DNA of 64,000 nucleotides from an uncultured Candidatus Saccharibacteria bacterium (GCA_964643995.1 CAZXUJ010000004.1:8606-72605); one strand, 5' to 3'; shown: positions 19,904 through 29,053, counted from the first letter of the stretch. Notes: generated from the sequence alone by a model not told the origin. Numbers and translations: made by a program.

Positions 19904-19927
19904 ATAAAATAAGTTCAAATTCAGAGT

Positions 19928-20269
19928 CTAGAACGGAGTTACGTTGTTTAAGCCTGCTGTATTTGTACCACCTGTTAATACGTTTGCTACAACATATCTG
20001 ATTGTTACTGCTGCTATAACAACTATGAAACCGATAACTGCGTTTGTTAATGCACCTCTAGCTTGTTCAGCTGCTTTGGCATCACCTCTAGAAGTTATGT
20101 ACTGTATACCTCCTAAAATCAAGAATACAACTGTCAAAGCTATACCAATACCCAACACGATATTTGTTATTATCGTAAAGATCTGTGCTAAAGTAACTTT
20201 TGTACCAAGAGCTAAAGGATTCACAACAGTGCTTGTCGAAACTGCTTGTGCTAATACTTCTCTTAACAT
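19928..20269 (-). CDS. VirB2/TrbC-type pilin, probable major subunit
   Basis: LILGGIQYITSRGDAKAAEQARGALTNAVIGFIVV; strong SD AAGGAGGTG upstream. Confidence 0.87.
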   Translation of the reverse strand: MLREVLAQAVSTSTVVNPLALGTKVTLAQIFTIITNIVLGIGIALTVVFLILGGIQYITSRGDAKAAEQARGALTNAVIGFIVVIAAVTIRYVVANVLTGGTNTAGLNNVTPF

Positions 20270-20381
20270 TTTCCTACACCTCCTTCTATAGATTACTAAA
20301 AAAATTTACATACTGATGCTTATAAATAAGCTATATATATTATAGCAAATTTATTACTTTGATATTGAACTAATCATTCTC

Positions 20382-21254
20382 CTACTGTCCTAGGAAGTTT
20401 TTCAGAATAATTCTCAAAATGGATAGTGCTAAAAGTAAGAATAATAGTCCGGATATAGCTGCTGTAAGTTCTTCTATTCCTCTCTTTACTTTCATTGGAT
20501 CGCCTTGACTGGTCATTATGGTGTAACTGGCAATTGCAACTGTAGGTATACCTAGCAATCCTATAGCTATGGGTAACATAAGGCGGTACATGTTTTGTAA
20601 GAAGCTCTCATAGTCCACGATTGATCCATCATATTCATTCGGAGTTATAGGTTCGTCAAAGATAGCAAAGGGATCGCCACAGTAACTGTTACCATCGGTG
20701 TATTGTGTGCAGTTAACGCCACCGCAACATCCTCCTGGTACCGGTGTCCCCCCTGAAACGCAGACATTCCCGTATGGTATACAGCCCTGGCCACCACAAA
20801 TACCTCCTCCGTTTTGTTGCACAGTACAGGACCCCCCTGCACACTGATAGTCATACGTACATGGAGACCCATCTGGTAACACATTTCCACAGGAGCCTAG
20901 TGGTGGTGTTATACATTGCCAGTTCCCGCCAACATCCTGACCACACTGTTGTCCTTGGCTACAACCCCCTTCCTCATCACATTCATTGAAAGTTCCGGAA
21001 TCTCCACATGTTATGGTACATGCCGCACTTGGTTGACATGTTCCAGGTTGTGGTGGTGCTGGAGGTGTTTCCGCCGGATTAACACAGACATATCCCGCCG
21101 CACAATCGACATCAGACCATGGTCCTCCACATGAGCCATCACCATCATCACATGAACTGCCTGTAGTTCCATCTCCTGCGTAAGTTTTATTGGAACTTAA
21201 GGTAGCCACGAGCAAGAACAATATTGAAATTTTCATTATGTCTTTAATGATCAC
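20382..21254 (-). CDS. Cys-rich secreted domain fused to C-terminal T4SS pilin domain
   Basis: Signal peptide, dense Cys/Gly region, C-term YTIMTSQGDPMKVKRGIEELTAAISGLLFLLLALSILRII. Confidence 0.8.
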   Translation of the reverse strand: MIIKDIMKISILFLLVATLSSNKTYAGDGTTGSSCDDGDGSCGGPWSDVDCAAGYVCVNPAETPPAPPQPGTCQPSAACTITCGDSGTFNECDEEGGCSQGQQCGQDVGGNWQCITPPLGSCGNVLPDGSPCTYDYQCAGGSCTVQQNGGGICGGQGCIPYGNVCVSGGTPVPGGCCGGVNCTQYTDGNSYCGDPFAIFDEPITPNEYDGSIVDYESFLQNMYRLMLPIAIGLLGIPTVAIASYTIMTSQGDPMKVKRGIEELTAAISGLLFLLLALSILRIILKNFLGQ

Positions 21255-21259
21255 TTTAT

Positions 21260-22825
21260 CTAATTTCCAAGAAAGTTATTTAATACTATTCTAAGTATTG
21301 TCAAAGCTAATAGCAAATATAATATTCCTGCTCCAGTGGCAGTTAAGTCTTCTGTGCCTTCTTTTAATTGGTCTGGGTTGCCTCGACTTGTCATAATTCT
21401 ATAGCCAGCAAGCGTGACTAGAGGTATTCCAGCTATCCCTATGGCTAGAGGAAGCAACAGTTTATATAAGTTTGACAGCATGCTTTCAAAGTCCACTATG
21501 GCTCCTACATAGGTGGGTGGTATGGCCTCCTCATCTTCATATGTAGTTTCGTCTGAAATTCCTCCGCTACCTGCTGTACAGTCGCAAGTGCCTCCATTAT
21601 CAGGTTCGTTAGGATTTATTGGTATACAGGTACCTCCAAAAGTACATATATCTTGACATATTTGGTCTCCTGCAACACCCACATCGCAAATAGGTTCGGC
21701 ACTAATGCATATCTGTGTGTTTGCCCATGCGTTAAACGCGCATGTTTGGCTGCTATCACAGCATGGTGTGTTTATTTGATTACACTCCTCTCCGACAGTA
21801 GCACAATTTGGTCCTGGGCCACTTCCACATACCGTATGATCAGCACATATTGGGTTTGATCCGGCCTGACAGTATTGTGTGCTTGGGCATCCGCCTATAC
21901 CACAGTCTGTGGCTTCGGGTGTACCAGTTACGGGACTAGTACAAGGTGTGCCTGTGGGGATACATTGTGCTCTATTATTGCAGGTAGGCTCTCCCCCATT
22001 ACTTTCGCATCGTTGCCCTGCGGTACACCCGCCGTCGCCACAGGTGTCGGGATCTACTGTTGTTGTATACCAGTATACTGGAGGTCCGCATGATGCCGTA
22101 CATTCTTCACGCGTATTGCATATGCCACCACCACCTAAAGTTTCACATCTTTGTGAGTCGCCACAAACGCCTTGTCCACATTGTGTAGAATCCACGGGTG
22201 ACTGGTACCAGTATGCCGGTGAACATGCTTGTTGAGCGTAGCATGCGCTTCTTGAAACACATTGGGGTGTGCCACTTCCGTTAGACTCACACCTTTGACC
22301 GGCTGCACAAGTATCCTCGCCGCATGTATCCGGTTCTACTGCCGTTTGATACCAATAAACATTAGGTCCGCATGGATTTGGTGGGGGAGGGGCGGGAGTT
22401 TGGCAGTTGGCTGCGGCTGATACAGTCTCAGTAGTGCAGTTGCCACTAGTATTACAGTACTCCCAAGTGTAGGTTATGTTTGCAACAATATCGGCTGAGT
22501 GTGTGTTCACTGTGGTTGAAAAATTCCAACCCGGTGGGCATGGTGACCCCCAGTCGCAAGTGCATCCGAAATTGGTACATGTAGCATTTCCTCCCCATCC
22601 GTCTGATTCAGAGTAGATAACACTTCCATTTCTTGTAACAACCTCTTCTACGTCTATATCGCTGTAGTAGCCCTCCTCTGGTACTAGAACGTAGTCAACA
22701 TCTATGCCACTTGCCCCTAAAGTACACTCCGTAATCTGTACGCTAACACTGCCTGCGGCATGTGCGCTTCCTAAACCATGAAACCAGAAAGTTATAAAAA
22801 ATAGAAAAATAAATAAATATTTCAT
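21260..22825 (-). CDS. Cys-rich repeat protein fused to C-terminal T4SS pilin domain
   Basis: Signal peptide, internal C..YWY..C..C..QRCE..C..R..C repeats, C-term GYRIMTSRGNPDQLKEGTEDLTATGAGILYLLLA. Confidence 0.8.
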   Translation of the reverse strand: MKYLFIFLFFITFWFHGLGSAHAAGSVSVQITECTLGASGIDVDYVLVPEEGYYSDIDVEEVVTRNGSVIYSESDGWGGNATCTNFGCTCDWGSPCPPGWNFSTTVNTHSADIVANITYTWEYCNTSGNCTTETVSAAANCQTPAPPPPNPCGPNVYWYQTAVEPDTCGEDTCAAGQRCESNGSGTPQCVSRSACYAQQACSPAYWYQSPVDSTQCGQGVCGDSQRCETLGGGGICNTREECTASCGPPVYWYTTTVDPDTCGDGGCTAGQRCESNGGEPTCNNRAQCIPTGTPCTSPVTGTPEATDCGIGGCPSTQYCQAGSNPICADHTVCGSGPGPNCATVGEECNQINTPCCDSSQTCAFNAWANTQICISAEPICDVGVAGDQICQDICTFGGTCIPINPNEPDNGGTCDCTAGSGGISDETTYEDEEAIPPTYVGAIVDFESMLSNLYKLLLPLAIGIAGIPLVTLAGYRIMTSRGNPDQLKEGTEDLTATGAGILYLLLALTILRIVLNNFLGN

Positions 22826-24132
22826 AAACCTCCTAGAAAATTACGTAGGATTATTCTAAGTATAGAAAGTGCTAACAATATGTACAAAATACCTTTAACT
22901 GCTTCAGTCATATCTTCTTTACCTTCTTTTACTGCTTTAGGGTCACCTTGGCTTGTAAGAATCCTGTAGGCACCTAGTATTACTATCGGTATTCCGCCTA
23001 AACCAATTGTAAGTGGTAGCATCAACCTGTATACGTTTTGTAAAAAGCTTTCATAGTCAATAATTGGCCCCGTGTATGTTGGAGGTTCAGCAGATTCGTC
23101 CGCAATGTTTATCAAGGATCCTGGAGGAAGTGTTGCATCTGTGTTACACACGCATGTACCTCCTGCATCGGGGTTGTTTATGTCTAGTATTTCACAGCGT
23201 CCTCCTAGTGAACAGGTGCTGTTGCACTGGGAGTGTTGCCCTGGTTCGCACATGTTTCCTGAAGTGCACACCTTTGTTCCAGCATAGGGAATAAAGCTAC
23301 ATGATTGTGAAGTATCACAACAAGGTCTTGTGTTTACGTTGCAAACCTGACCAATTACAGCGCACTGGCCACCATTACATACGCTGGAAGGTACGCATGT
23401 TGGCGTCCAATTTGGTGGCCCTATTACACAGTAATCCCCGCTGCCACATCCCCCAATTCCGCAATCATCAGCTGTAGGTTGTTGTGTATATGAAACAGGA
23501 TTTGAGCATTGTCCTGGATTTCCCGCGCATACAGCAGCTGATATGCATCTTGGTTCCCAATCCGGGGCACCAATCACACAGTATGAATCAGAGGCACATT
23601 CTCCACCGCAATCGTCTATAGTAGGTGTCTGGCTATAGGGGATTGGATCTCCGCATTCATCAGGGTTAATAGGTGTTGTGCAAACCGCACTCCCCGTATA
23701 TTGCTCTGTAATAGTCGTTCCGTTTACATCGGTAAAGTCCCATGTCATTTGTACAATAGCGGTAATAGTCGCATCTTCCTCGGTTGCAGTCTCTGTAAAA
23801 TCCTGTGTGATAGGGCAAGGGGATCCCCAATCGCAAATACACCCTTGACTATCGCATATTACTGTTCCTCCCCATGCGTCTGGATAGCTGTATATTTGTG
23901 CGCCATTTTGTAGTATGGTTTCTTGGACTTGTATATCAGCATAATTGCCTGGTATTGTAACCATTTCGTAACTGATACCTAAGTTGTCTAGTCCCGTTTC
24001 ACAAGTTGTAATGTCCACATTAACACCTCCGGCAGCAAAACTGGCTCGGGGTAGAGCAACAAATAAAGAAACAAAAAATATTGATAATAGATAAAGTTTT
24101 GTGAAATTTCTCACTTTAGTAAAGTATATCAA
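22822..24132 (-). CDS. Cys-rich repeat protein fused to C-terminal T4SS pilin domain (paralog of 21260-22825)
   Basis: Shared N-domain (WGG..C..GC.CDWGSPCP), C-term AYRILTSQGDPKAVKEGKEDMTEAVKGILYILLA. Confidence 0.8.
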   Translation of the reverse strand: MIYFTKVRNFTKLYLLSIFFVSLFVALPRASFAAGGVNVDITTCETGLDNLGISYEMVTIPGNYADIQVQETILQNGAQIYSYPDAWGGTVICDSQGCICDWGSPCPITQDFTETATEEDATITAIVQMTWDFTDVNGTTITEQYTGSAVCTTPINPDECGDPIPYSQTPTIDDCGGECASDSYCVIGAPDWEPRCISAAVCAGNPGQCSNPVSYTQQPTADDCGIGGCGSGDYCVIGPPNWTPTCVPSSVCNGGQCAVIGQVCNVNTRPCCDTSQSCSFIPYAGTKVCTSGNMCEPGQHSQCNSTCSLGGRCEILDINNPDAGGTCVCNTDATLPPGSLINIADESAEPPTYTGPIIDYESFLQNVYRLMLPLTIGLGGIPIVILGAYRILTSQGDPKAVKEGKEDMTEAVKGILYILLALSILRIILRNFLGGL

Positions 24133-24171
24133 GAACGAAACCAGACTGCGATGATATGTTATTATTCACTT

Positions 24172-25974
24172 ATGCTCAAGGTTACTAAGATAGTGCCGTT
24201 ATTTTTCGTTTTATTTTTTTCGCTAATCTTGATGGCAATAGTACCTCTGACTACAGTGTTTGCGGATGACCCTTGTAAAAACATATCTGACCTTGACGAT
24301 AAAGCAGAGTGCTACGAAAAAGAGATAGAAGAACGTGAAGAAAAGTACGAGTCTACTAGCAAAAAACTTGAGGATGTGCGCAACCAAAAAAACTCTGTTA
24401 CTTCAAAGATAAGCAATTTATTAGGTCAACTAAGTGTCACCCAGGAAGAACTGACCGGAATCCAGAATGAGATCAACGACATGAACAAAACCCTTGAGGA
24501 GATAAAATCTAACCTTCAGGACAAAAACGTTCAATTAGACAAAAAGGTTGATCTTAGAAACAGAATAGTTAGAAACTATACTAAACGTGGTGTTCTAAAT
24601 GAACTTGAAACCTACTTTGCCCAACGCAAAGAAGCTGGACTTAATGGTTTTCAATATTCCACGGTTTCCTATATTTTTCAAAAGACCCTTAACGAGGAAT
24701 CTATACGTCTGATAAACATACTAAACACCGAAATATCCAATTTTGAAAAAGATAAAAAAGAAGCTGAAGATCTCAAAAAGGAACTGGAAACAGCTCAGGC
24801 TAGTTTGATTTCTGCAAAAAACCAATTGGAAAATCAGAAGAATCAGGAAGAGGGAACTTTGGATGTTTTGTCTGACAAAGAAGGTGACTACGAAGGTGAA
24901 TTAAAGAGTTTATCTGCTCGAATAGCTGAACTATCCTCCAAACAACAAGAAGTGCTATCTGCAAAAAATGGCGGCGATAATGGTTCTGTTGGTGACTACG
25001 AGTCGCCTAGTTGGAAAACACCTGATCCACCTTTCAAACCAGCATTCGCTGCTTTTAGCTATGGCGCATACACTCACTATCGAGGAATGAGCCAGTATGG
25101 TGCAAAAGGTCGTGCAGAAGACGGACAAAGTTATGAGGATATTATTAAGTTTTATTACAAAAAAGATGTCGAAGAGAAAGATGACTTTCCTGACGAAGTT
25201 AATGTCGATGGTTACGGTGAGTTGGATTTTCAGTATTATCTTTACGGCTTGGCCGAAATGCCAAGTGATTGGCCTGAAGAAGCTCTTAAAGCTCAGGCTA
25301 TTGCCGGCAGAACGTATGCCTATAGGTACGTAAAACAAGGCAAATCTATTTGCACATCTCAAAGTTGTCAGGTTTTTCTTAAGAGTAAAGCCGACAACCC
25401 CCCAAGTCGTTGGAAAGAAGCTGTTGATGACACTGAGGGCATGATTATTGAAGGAGATACTCATGCTATGTATTCATCAACCACAGGTGGCTATATTGAT
25501 GATGGCGTAGGTTGGGATGGTAAGTGGCCCAGCGACTCATATGAAAACAAAGCAGACTCACCTTGGTTTTATTGGGCGTGGTATTCCAAGAGTTACACTT
25601 TTAATTCTGATACTTGCGGTCATGCACATCCTTGGCTATCAGAAAAAGAGATGGCGGACATCCTAAACGCTTATGTGGTGTTGAATGATCACTCCGATAG
25701 TAAAGTTTCCCCATTAACCACCAATTGTTGGGGAGGTGACCCATACTCCATGGATGAACTACGCGAAAAAGCTGACGATATTTCAACAGGTTACTCAAAG
25801 GTCACGAATATAGATGTTAATGTAGGTAATAACGGCCAAACGACTCAAGTAACCCTTTCAACTGATAAAGGTACCATCACTGTGGATGGGCAAACTTTTA
25901 AAAAAGCATTTAATTTACGTGCTCCTGCATACGTTTCAATAAGAAGCAGACTCTACGATTTTCAAGTCAAATAA
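24172..25974 (+). CDS. Coiled-coil + SpoIID/LytB-family lytic transglycosylase-like protein
   Basis: Signal peptide, long coiled coil, HYRGMSQYGAKGRA, YLYGLAEMPSDWPEEALKAQAIAGRTY, ICTSQSCQVF; start moved to 24172 (6 nt after TATTAT). Confidence 0.85.
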   Translation: MLKVTKIVPLFFVLFFSLILMAIVPLTTVFADDPCKNISDLDDKAECYEKEIEEREEKYESTSKKLEDVRNQKNSVTSKISNLLGQLSVTQEELTGIQNEINDMNKTLEEIKSNLQDKNVQLDKKVDLRNRIVRNYTKRGVLNELETYFAQRKEAGLNGFQYSTVSYIFQKTLNEESIRLINILNTEISNFEKDKKEAEDLKKELETAQASLISAKNQLENQKNQEEGTLDVLSDKEGDYEGELKSLSARIAELSSKQQEVLSAKNGGDNGSVGDYESPSWKTPDPPFKPAFAAFSYGAYTHYRGMSQYGAKGRAEDGQSYEDIIKFYYKKDVEEKDDFPDEVNVDGYGELDFQYYLYGLAEMPSDWPEEALKAQAIAGRTYAYRYVKQGKSICTSQSCQVFLKSKADNPPSRWKEAVDDTEGMIIEGDTHAMYSSTTGGYIDDGVGWDGKWPSDSYENKADSPWFYWAWYSKSYTFNSDTCGHAHPWLSEKEMADILNAYVVLNDHSDSKVSPLTTNCWGGDPYSMDELREKADDISTGYSKVTNIDVNVGNNGQTTQVTLSTDKGTITVDGQTFKKAFNLRAPAYVSIRSRLYDFQVK

Positions 25975-27672
25975 GCTGGGAGCTTTATCAGATGCAATTC
26001 CAGTCTCAACCTTCGTAGTATATTTCTCCAAAAACCCCTTTAAAACATGATTATTTTCTTTTGGACACCCAACGTACCATTCGTGATCTAGGGCACCTTC
26101 AAAGACAGTAATATATCTAATCCCTTGGCTAAGCAACTCGTTTTTCATTTCATCATTGTTCTTTCCACTTGTTCCAAAGTAATAGTTAGAATTGATGACA
26201 TGCGTATCGTTGTCTTTCATAAACAAGAAAAAGATTTGATGGCCTTTTTCACTTGCATTTAATATTTTGCCGTTTTGGGCTACCTTCTCAAGTATTTTGT
26301 TGTATTCGTAAGTGTCTTTGAGAAACGTTTTCTTGATATTTTCTTCGGCAAAAGACTCAATAGGCGTAAAGGCTATTTTTGTTGCGTAACCAACTGTTGT
26401 CACGTTATGTACCAGACTTGCTACTACAAGAATATAAACCACTTTTTTAAATTTCTCGTTGGTTATCTGTTCGACTAGTGTAAAAAAAGCTAAAGCGAAA
26501 AGAGGGAATAAGTAAAACAAATACCAATATGGTGCAGCTACAAAAACGTAAAACGGTATTAGTGTTCCCAGTCCTACCCAATATAATTTTCCGAACTTGC
26601 GCCCGAAGATAGCAAAAACAAAAATCCCAGCATATAAAAATATTCCGAGGCTTTGCAAGGGTATTTCAGCGAATCCATAATTGTTATAGCTGGTTATGAA
26701 AAACAGTGGTTGCAGTAAAACAAGTTGTGTACGTGAGCCATATATAAACGAGCCATAATCGCGCGCAAGCTTGTCATTTATACATTGCTCTAGTTTCTGC
26801 TCGTTACGTTGTAGATAGGTCACATTGTTGGGTTTTCCAAGAGTTCTATCAAAATGGGGGACTGTAATCCCCAAACTTAAAACCCAAAAAAGTATAGGGA
26901 TTAAAAAAGCAGCTCCTCCAAGTAGAAATAAAGGTAGATTTTTTCTAAAGCTAGTTTTCGCTAGATATATAAATGCTAATAAACCTAGCATTATCACTGT
27001 CGGTATCACCGAACTTTTAATCAAAACACACAAACCTAGAGTCAACGCAAAAAAAGGGAACAATTTTGCTTTTGAGTTTTCCGTGATCTCTAAAAACAGT
27101 ATTAATGCGCCAGTAACTAGAGCATACAAAATCATATCCATCTTAAATTCCAAGAACGCTAAGGCTAAAAAGGGTTGTGACAAAATAACGAGTAACCAGC
27201 TAGCTTTTTGTACTCTCGTATCCTTGGACAAGTGTTGTAACAATTTGAAAGTTAAAACTGCAGATATAATAGCCCAGAGCCCCATTGTTAAATTCACTAC
27301 TCTTAAACTGCTCAATCGCAAAATTATGCCTAACAAAAATTCAGCTAAATACGGTTTTTCAGGAAAATTTACTTGACCATGATCTGCAACAAGCAACACC
27401 ATTCGCCAATGGTTGTTCAACCCATCATAAGAATAAAGCCGAGTGTTAAAGTAAGAAAAAACTAAAAAGCTAACTAGTGATAACGCCAAAAATGGCTTAG
27501 CATATTTTCTCCACGTAATAGTCGCCAGTTTTGGTTTGAACCACATTACCAAGAGACCAGCACTTAGGCACAAAAGTACAATTAACAGACCAACCGGTCG
27601 AAAAAAGTAATATACCGTGATAGTGCTTACAAGAAAAATAAAAAGTAATAGATCTTTGGTTTTAGTTGTCAT
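25936..27672 (-). CDS. Polytopic GT-C (ArnT/PMT-like) glycosyltransferase-like membrane protein
   Basis: >10 TMs; YDGLNNH, KMD, LCVLIKSS patterns. Confidence 0.55.
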   Translation of the reverse strand: MTTKTKDLLLFIFLVSTITVYYFFRPVGLLIVLLCLSAGLLVMWFKPKLATITWRKYAKPFLALSLVSFLVFSYFNTRLYSYDGLNNHWRMVLLVADHGQVNFPEKPYLAEFLLGIILRLSSLRVVNLTMGLWAIISAVLTFKLLQHLSKDTRVQKASWLLVILSQPFLALAFLEFKMDMILYALVTGALILFLEITENSKAKLFPFFALTLGLCVLIKSSVIPTVIMLGLLAFIYLAKTSFRKNLPLFLLGGAAFLIPILFWVLSLGITVPHFDRTLGKPNNVTYLQRNEQKLEQCINDKLARDYGSFIYGSRTQLVLLQPLFFITSYNNYGFAEIPLQSLGIFLYAGIFVFAIFGRKFGKLYWVGLGTLIPFYVFVAAPYWYLFYLFPLFALAFFTLVEQITNEKFKKVVYILVVASLVHNVTTVGYATKIAFTPIESFAEENIKKTFLKDTYEYNKILEKVAQNGKILNASEKGHQIFFLFMKDNDTHVINSNYYFGTSGKNNDEMKNELLSQGIRYITVFEGALDHEWYVGCPKENNHVLKGFLEKYTTKVETGIASDKAPSLFDLKIVESASY

Positions 27673-27678
27673 ATACAG

Positions 27679-28380
27679 TTAATATAACTGGGCGTATTTC
27701 ACTAATTTTTGGTAAAGCCCAACCCTATGGTCGGCCCCTACTGGGAATACAGCACAAGTAAACTTTTTTAGATGTTTTATAATCTGTGCAGCCATATAAT
27801 TTTCTCGTTTTTCGAACCACTCTTCATAATTCTTCCAATAAATAGCAAGATTTTTGTCTGCTGAATACTTTTCCAATATTGGAATGCACGTACCGATAGC
27901 TGTCGTGTGTTTTATTGTGATTAGTTTGTCCATGTCATTACTGTTAATTTCTCTTATGGTGCCCTTGTTTGCCATTTCCCGTTGTCGCTCAACTGTTGCA
28001 AAGTACAATTTCAACTTATCTCGCTCATCCTTCGTAGGTTTGGATGAAGTCAATATATTATGTAAAAATGAGAAGGCTTTTCCATACCCATCACTAGAGA
28101 TTTTCTTTGCGAATATCTTGCTTCTATTAGGTAAGTCTACGGGTATAACAGTACAAGTATGTTCTTGATGGTACCAATTAATTGCAGATCCCTCCTGCCC
28201 TTCAAGTTCCTCCCCAAAGGGTATACTCTTTTGCATTGTATTTTTGTGCATTTCTGGAGGTAACTCTTCAAAGATTACTTCAGGTCGAATTTGCTCTATC
28301 GCTTTGTAAAGGTCCAGCGCAGTATATCGCTGTGTGCTTTGATGAATTGTTCCTATAATTATCAGTTTTGTCATTTTCAC
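27679..28380 (-). CDS. TraB/TIKI/ChaN-fold-like protein
   Basis: IIGTIH, RPEVIFEE, KRENYMA, VGADHR. Confidence 0.5.
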   Translation of the reverse strand: MKMTKLIIIGTIHQSTQRYTALDLYKAIEQIRPEVIFEELPPEMHKNTMQKSIPFGEELEGQEGSAINWYHQEHTCTVIPVDLPNRSKIFAKKISSDGYGKAFSFLHNILTSSKPTKDERDKLKLYFATVERQREMANKGTIREINSNDMDKLITIKHTTAIGTCIPILEKYSADKNLAIYWKNYEEWFEKRENYMAAQIIKHLKKFTCAVFPVGADHRVGLYQKLVKYAQLY

Positions 28381-28412
28381 GATTTCCTATATGCCTTTTA
28401 AAAGTTTTCCAA

Positions 28413-28420
28413 TGGCGGAG
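28413..28420. repeat. Distal att core (copy of tRNA-Ser 3' end)
   Basis: TGGCGGAG identical to 32604-32611; frame continues open for 29 codons to TAA at 28500-28502. Confidence 0.7.
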
Positions 28421-28501
28421 GGCATGGGGCGATATTGGAAAATATCTATCCATGTATCCAATGAGTATTTTATCAAAAGAAAATATATTTAGAAAAAACT
28501 A

Positions 28502-28560
28502 AACCCCCTCTTGGTCAACTTGCTTTTTGTTAACCATTTGGGGGTTTTGGGCAGGGGGTT
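28502..28560. terminator. Hairpin, probably bidirectional terminator
   Basis: AACCCCCT...AGGGGGTT outer arms with inner TGGTCAAC/GTTAACCA. Confidence 0.55.
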
Positions 28561-28563
28561 GTT

Positions 28564-28746
28564 TTAATCCTCTTTATCCTTGCCTTTGCTTTTCAGATAG
28601 AGGCTGAACAGATTCAGGAGGAAAGCAACAAACCAAAGCCCTGCGATTACCAGATTAAACACATTCTTTTCTGGGTTCATCATGTACAAACCAAAGTTCA
28701 TGATGACCAGAATGACATTCAAGATGACCAGAATGACTTTCAACAT
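28564..28746 (-). CDS. Small two-TM membrane protein (element cargo)
   Basis: 60 aa hydrophobic; AGGAG SD; consensus promoter upstream. Confidence 0.7.
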   Translation of the reverse strand: MLKVILVILNVILVIMNFGLYMMNPEKNVFNLVIAGLWFVAFLLNLFSLYLKSKGKDKED

Positions 28747-28814
28747 TTTCTCAGCTCCTTATTTAGATTGGCGCTTGGATTTAAGCGCAAGGATTACAGT
28801 TTTCTATACCCTAT

Positions 28815-28843
28815 AGTATATTACAGGATAATAGATTTGTCAA
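28815..28843 (-). promoter_or_regulatory. Near-consensus sigma70 promoter
   Basis: TTGACA-17 nt-TATACT on minus strand. Confidence 0.75.
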
Positions 28844-29053
28844 TGTAGATTAGTCTTTTCTACTTATAGGATAGGCACAGAGTATCATATTCTTCATATT
28901 TTGGCACTTCTTAAGACAACTATCCCACCACATTAAAAGAAAACAACCACGCCCAAAGGGTGTGGTAAAATTCCAAGTTTTGTGGTGGGGAGTTGGCGGA
29001 AATGCGCTGTTGCTTGTACAATGCTGATTAGGAAACTGCCCTACTCTAAACAT

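Noticed and set aside
28987-29020. GGAGTTGGCGGAAATG resembling a tRNA 5' end or third att core
   Set aside because: No cloverleaf or T-loop follows; only 7 bp match to the core
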